A stretch of 64,000 nt of DNA, taken from sequence record MZ956763.1. One strand, 5' to 3'. The notes beneath the pieces were generated by a model. That model ran no database searches. It saw only the letters and a list, made by a program, of their open reading frames with translations, and was not told where the DNA came from. The stretch is from a phage. The translations under genes and the position numbers were made by a program. Shown here piece by piece: positions 59,679 to 64,000 of this stretch. Each line of letters opens with the position of its first letter. Positions within the stretch are counted from its first letter, which is position 1.

Positions 59679-59683
59679 AGTTT

Positions 59684-59710
59684 AAGGCTCCTTTTTACGG
59701 GAGCCTTTTT
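59684..59710. terminator. bidirectional intrinsic terminator between convergent genes
   Basis: GGCTCC-TTTTTAC-GGGAGCC hairpin flanked by A-run upstream and T-run downstream. Confidence 0.65.
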
Positions 59711-59714
59711 TGTT

Positions 59715-60614
59715 TTATTTACCTACTGATAAAGGTGCTTCAATCTTTCCTGCATGTTGGTAGTTACTAATTCCACCAATAAAGTCACTTGCAGTAAGAT
59801 GTTTCAGGTCACTTAAAGTATTAAGTTGTAGACCAATCTCAAAAGTTGGTGCATGGAACTCTTCATTGTTCATCATTTCATAAACCTGCTTCATATGATT
59901 CTGATAAATCTGAGTATCCCCAAAGACACCTATCAAGTATCGTGGAGTGTATCCAGTCATCTTGCAAAGAACTTCTAAGATGAAGCCGTAAGACGCAATG
60001 TTAAATGGAAGTCCTAAAAAGGTGTCTACAGAACGCTGATACCATTGCAAATCTACTTCACCTTCATTAGTGATATAAATCTGAAACAGAACATGGCAAG
60101 GTGCTAAAGCCATCGAGTTTGCTGCAATATCTGCTGCATTCCAAGCATTAACAAGCATGTAGCGGTCTGTGATATCACCCTTCATCTTTGCTACTAAGGT
60201 CTCTAACTGGTCTACAACACAACCATTATGACCTTCAAAGTCTCTCCACTGAACTCCGTAGATTCTTCCACCTGCATCCTCTAACCAATCCTGTTCAGAA
60301 GAATAATTAGAGCTTAACCAGCGTTTAAAATCATCTGACCAGATAGTCCAACGTTCTCCATCATTTTCACCCCAAGTGCGGTAACGGAGTTCACCCAGCT
60401 TATTCTCACCATTCAGGAACCATAAAGCTTCCCCAATAACTTGCCGTGTAAACACCTGTTTAGATGTTAAGAGCGGGAAACCAGTTCGCATATCAAAACG
60501 AAACTGAGGTGGAGCAAATGCAGAGATAACATCTCCAGTTCGTGTAGTACGCAGTTCACCAACTGACAAAACATGGTTTAGGATATTTTTGTAACTCGAA
60601 TCTGCTTGTGACAT
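59715..60614 (-). CDS. thyA: thymidylate synthase
   Basis: RTGTG-like RTTRTGD, active-site ALAPCH, YQRS, FLGLPFNIASY motifs match ThyA family. Confidence 0.92.
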   Translation of the reverse strand: MSQADSSYKNILNHVLSVGELRTTRTGDVISAFAPPQFRFDMRTGFPLLTSKQVFTRQVIGEALWFLNGENKLGELRYRTWGENDGERWTIWSDDFKRWLSSNYSSEQDWLEDAGGRIYGVQWRDFEGHNGCVVDQLETLVAKMKGDITDRYMLVNAWNAADIAANSMALAPCHVLFQIYITNEGEVDLQWYQRSVDTFLGLPFNIASYGFILEVLCKMTGYTPRYLIGVFGDTQIYQNHMKQVYEMMNNEEFHAPTFEIGLQLNTLSDLKHLTASDFIGGISNYQHAGKIEAPLSVGK

Positions 60615-60615
60615 A

Positions 60616-61161
60616 TCAAAATTGTCCTTTTACTTGTGGAACATAAATTTCAAAAGTTGCTTTACCATCCTCTGATGGTTTTGACTGTACCTTTGTAAAT
60701 ACACGGTTATCATACAACTTCTCAAAGAAGTTTTCAAAAGGTAAATGCACAGTGGCCTCTTCAGTAACTTTATGGAAAACTGTATGGAACACTACATCAG
60801 CATACGGTAAAGCGTCGACAAGGACACCTGCACCACCAATTACAAAGACATCTTCATCAATAGAGCTATCAAGATACTTCAAAAATGCTCCAAATGACTC
60901 TTTACTGGCTTTAGCATACATTACATCATCTTTGCCAAAGTCTATGCCTAAGTATGGTACAGAATTTGTTAAGATGAGGTTTGCACGTTCTGGTAAAGGT
61001 TTACTACCCAGAGTCTTGAAAGTCTCATTCCCCATGACTACTAAGTTATTTTTAGTGAGTCTCTTAAACTCTTGCATGTCCTGTTTATGTCGAGGCCACG
61101 GCATACCAGTTGGAGTACCAAACTCACCATTTTCACCACTTGCAAAAATTAGTTTAATCAT
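60616..61161 (-). CDS. folA: dihydrofolate reductase
   Basis: GMPWP, VVMGNETFKTLG, PLPER(A)NLILT, VIGGAGV motifs of DHFR; adjacent to thyA. Confidence 0.85.
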   Translation of the reverse strand: MIKLIFASGENGEFGTPTGMPWPRHKQDMQEFKRLTKNNLVVMGNETFKTLGSKPLPERANLILTNSVPYLGIDFGKDDVMYAKASKESFGAFLKYLDSSIDEDVFVIGGAGVLVDALPYADVVFHTVFHKVTEEATVHLPFENFFEKLYDNRVFTKVQSKPSEDGKATFEIYVPQVKGQF

Positions 61162-61418
61162 TTTATAAACCCTCTCTTAATGAACCAGTTGATAATATTC
61201 TTCACAGCTTTATTGCTATGGTAGATTAAGTGTGGTGTAGGTTGGTATGAACCATAAGCCCAGAATGATAGATGCTCACCACAACCAACACATGTAGTAC
61301 TTTCTTCAGCTATATGACCATTAACAATCACATGAACTTCACCTTGCAAGTCTGTACACCCACAATGTGGACAACGTATAGGTGTTCCATCAGACTCATA
61401 GCAGTGTTCAATTTTCAT
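61158..61418 (-). CDS. hypothetical Cys-rich (zinc-ribbon-like) protein
   Basis: 86 aa; CPHCGC...CVGCGEH. Confidence 0.45.
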   Translation of the reverse strand: MKIEHCYESDGTPIRCPHCGCTDLQGEVHVIVNGHIAEESTTCVGCGEHLSFWAYGSYQPTPHLIYHSNKAVKNIINWFIKRGFIK

Positions 61419-61934
61419 CTATTTAACCTCAAAAACTGGTTCAAGAACCAATATAAAGTCTACACAGTCATCTTCTTCATCCAGAATACCATCAAAGTTC
61501 TTAGGAACGAAGTCGAAGAGGCTCATAACAAAACAGTCAGAAGTAACCCTTATAGTGCCTCCCATATTCTCTACAGTTAATACTGTACGACTCTCTTTTA
61601 CCTCCCTCAGAAGATTACTCACAAAGTCATCTAAGAAGTACTTCATCAGTGACTTAAAACCTTTAGGGTAATCTGTACCAGAGTATGTTTCAATCTGAGG
61701 AACAAGCTTAACATTTATACTAGTCTTTGTTAAGAATGTATTAGAGAACATACTATCAGGTAACTTGCAAACAGTCTTTCCAGTACCTTCATGTTCAATC
61801 TCAACAAAACCAGCTTCGTCGCCACATGTAACTATTTTAAAAGATGCTTCATTCTCATACTGTGAAGCCATAAACTTTTTAAGCATCACTTTAAGGAAGT
61901 CTGCATGAGCATCTTGTAAGAAGATATCAATCAT
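61419..61934 (-). CDS. hypothetical protein
   Basis: ORF 171 aa. Confidence 0.45.
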   Translation of the reverse strand: MIDIFLQDAHADFLKVMLKKFMASQYENEASFKIVTCGDEAGFVEIEHEGTGKTVCKLPDSMFSNTFLTKTSINVKLVPQIETYSGTDYPKGFKSLMKYFLDDFVSNLLREVKESRTVLTVENMGGTIRVTSDCFVMSLFDFVPKNFDGILDEEDDCVDFILVLEPVFEVK

Positions 61935-61947
61935 AGTTAATCACCTA

Positions 61948-62307
61948 TTATGGGAACAGACACTTAATGTCATCGTTTTTGAAAACGAAACTTGTGTAGT
62001 TGTGACCATCAACATCCAACCAAACAGCCTGAACATCTACACCATCAAGATTGTGGTAAAGCTCTTGGATAAAATGGTCTTTTACAATTTTATTACTTGT
62101 TGTCTCCAGTTTAATGTTTGAGATTGCTGAACCTACAGCCATATAACCCATGACACGTTTCTTCTCAGTATGCTTAATCTTACCATCTTTGTAAGCCATA
62201 ATGAGGTTGGAAAGAATCTTAGCACCATAATGTTCTTCAAGGTGAGTAGGTACACCATAAAAGCCTAATGCGAAGTTTTCAGAGTGTATAATGTTTTCAC
62301 GTTTCAT
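61948..62307 (-). CDS. hypothetical protein
   Basis: ORF 119 aa. Confidence 0.45.
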   Translation of the reverse strand: MKRENIIHSENFALGFYGVPTHLEEHYGAKILSNLIMAYKDGKIKHTEKKRVMGYMAVGSAISNIKLETTSNKIVKDHFIQELYHNLDGVDVQAVWLDVDGHNYTSFVFKNDDIKCLFP

Positions 62308-62308
62308 A

Positions 62309-62638
62309 TTAATCTGCCAACCTTAAATTAAAATTAACACCAAATTTTTCGCATACTTCCAACATATACTCAAGGGAAACATTACCAGTGAGGTGGATTA
62401 TGTTGGATACACGAGCTTGAGAGATACCACAAATTTTAGCGACTTGCTCTTGAGAAAGACCTCTGGATTTAATCTCTCTCTTAAAACGATGTGCAACGAA
62501 GTCTCTCATTTCGTCTACATCCATTGGACAAACATAACTCTCCATTTCAGCCTCTCTATCAGCCTCCCAATCATCTTGTGGTGCATAAGGGTCAAAAACC
62601 TCATTCATCTTTCTTCTTCCGTTTGCGTGAAGTGTCAA
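62309..62638 (-). CDS. putative HTH DNA-binding protein
   Basis: LSQEQVAKICGISQARVSNI resembles XRE-type helix-turn-helix. Confidence 0.45.
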   Translation of the reverse strand: MTLHANGRRKMNEVFDPYAPQDDWEADREAEMESYVCPMDVDEMRDFVAHRFKREIKSRGLSQEQVAKICGISQARVSNIIHLTGNVSLEYMLEVCEKFGVNFNLRLAD

Positions 62639-62813
62639 TCAATGAATCTATGTTTGTAGCCCTAACCTTTTCACGTTCATCGTTAAGATAATCATCAAGA
62701 GCCTTTTCAATCTGTGAATCATCTTGACAGATAACTGTAAAGACTGTAAAGCCATCTGTATCATCAATTATCTTACCATAACCGCTTCTGGGATGTAACT
62801 TTTTAAGAGCCAT
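62601..62813 (-). CDS. hypothetical protein
   Basis: ORF 70 aa. Confidence 0.35.
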   Translation of the reverse strand: MALKKLHPRSGYGKIIDDTDGFTVFTVICQDDSQIEKALDDYLNDEREKVRATNIDSLIDTSRKRKKKDE

Positions 62814-62814
62814 A

Positions 62815-63198
62815 TCAAATACCTGTGCAGCTTCTGTTTTCTAAGAAATACTCAACACCATACATAGCTTTTTGCATCAAATCTTCTTTAAACTGGATAC
62901 GATGATTGAGCATAGCCTGTACATCAATATCATCAGGGTGCTTTTCTTTAATATTTGCAGATTGCAGGAAATACTCTGCAAGAACACGATACTGATAGTC
63001 AGTCACCTTATCAGTCATCTCTGTTAAAGACTCTTCAGAGATTGGTTTAAGTAACTCACCATTAGCTAGAGCAACACCTTTAACAATCTGACAAGTGTCT
63101 TCTGGAACACCTGATAAGTCCACATTTGGGAGTTCTGTTGCATTGACTGGTAAATTCATTGCCATAACCATTGCAGCAGCTAATAAAATCTTTTTCAT
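62815..63198 (-). CDS. hypothetical secreted protein
   Basis: signal peptide MKKILLAAAMVMAMNLPVNA. Confidence 0.45.
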   Translation of the reverse strand: MKKILLAAAMVMAMNLPVNATELPNVDLSGVPEDTCQIVKGVALANGELLKPISEESLTEMTDKVTDYQYRVLAEYFLQSANIKEKHPDDIDVQAMLNHRIQFKEDLMQKAMYGVEYFLENRSCTGI

Positions 63199-63470
63199 AA
63201 TGACCTCAAAGTTATATTAAATTTTGTATTACGTTGAGTATAAAAATAAGCTATAACACCTGACTTGTCAACAGATTTTATAGCTTATTTGGCAGATTTT
63301 TTATAAGGCTACTGCCATCCTTCCATACCTTACACTACAAGACCCAACAGCACCGAGCTACACACTACCTCACTTAAAAACCCTCTTAGAAGACTCTTAA
63401 GTGATGCTGGTGAGTACCCGTTGGTCTATGCTGCTCAGTATACTCACCAGATTTTCTATGTCAACAACTT

Positions 63471-63911
63471 TTATTCATAATCTCGTATAACTAGCCCAAC
63501 AGGGAACTGTAAAGACCCCTTACGAGTCATCTTCTGGAACTGAACCGTTAAAGGTTTCCCGATAAACTCTTCAGGATGCTCAGCAAGATACTGTTTCTTC
63601 TCATGAGTAGTCTTCCATGAGACATCTACAAAGACGTTAGGAAGAGTCTCTACAACGAACTTACCATGACCACGTTTATCGGTCTTGACACCAGTCACTT
63701 TAAACTCTTCAGTGTGCATCTTCTTGTGCTTAATCAAGAAGTATGAACGGTGACAACACTCATAGAAGGAGTCTTCAGAGATTGAACGGTACATTGCACC
63801 TTCAAACTTAGCTTCAACCCACTTATCATGAGCTTCATCAAACTCTTCCCAAGAATTTACACGACGAGACTTAACAGGGACAACTTTACAGCCATCTCTA
63901 AAGTCATTCAA
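63471..63911 (-). CDS. hypothetical protein
   Basis: ORF 146 aa. Confidence 0.45.
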   Translation of the reverse strand: MNDFRDGCKVVPVKSRRVNSWEEFDEAHDKWVEAKFEGAMYRSISEDSFYECCHRSYFLIKHKKMHTEEFKVTGVKTDKRGHGKFVVETLPNVFVDVSWKTTHEKKQYLAEHPEEFIGKPLTVQFQKMTRKGSLQFPVGLVIRDYE

Positions 63912-64000
63912 TGGTGAAGTCTCAATGATATCTCTACGCTCAGGCCACGTCTTAGTACTGTCACAGATATCATACCAGTAAAACTTGAGTAGGTGTCTGT

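Overview
This window reads as a ~64 kb segment of an AT-rich, lytic tailed phage (myovirus-like; gene content resembles Felix-O1-like/T4-like phages; not checked against any database). Layout: (1) 1-13.2 kb rightward: four tandem paralogous small genes, an NAD+ module (PRPP-synthetase-like + NAMPT-like), a GHKL-ATPase rIIA-like gene, an SLT-domain secreted protein, a spanin-like pair and a Macro-domain protein; (2) 13.2-19.3 kb: about 14 small early ORFs, each behind a reiterated promoter/5'-hairpin/RBS cassette or hairpin/RBS module; (3) 19.4-21.0 kb: a 1.6 kb ORF-free, repeat-dense region; (4) 21.0-28.5 kb leftward block with a GH24 endolysin and an Ig-repeat protein; (5) 29.2-30.6 kb: a vWA-domain (possibly Ro60/TROVE-like) gene, followed by (6) a ~5 kb array of about 26 tRNA genes interleaved with a family of non-tRNA structured elements, one with a permuted tRNA-like core (candidate Y-RNA-like RNAs); (7) 36-59 kb: structural module (terminase, portal, S49 protease/scaffold, capsid, sheath, tube, tape measure, baseplate, His-rich tail fibres); (8) 59.7-64 kb leftward: thymidylate synthase, DHFR and small genes. 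All calls rest on reading the sequence and ORF translations by eye; tRNA coordinates and anticodons are hand-folded and approximate. The most interesting candidate system is the vWA/Ro60-like gene plus the Y-RNA-like elements in the tRNA cluster.
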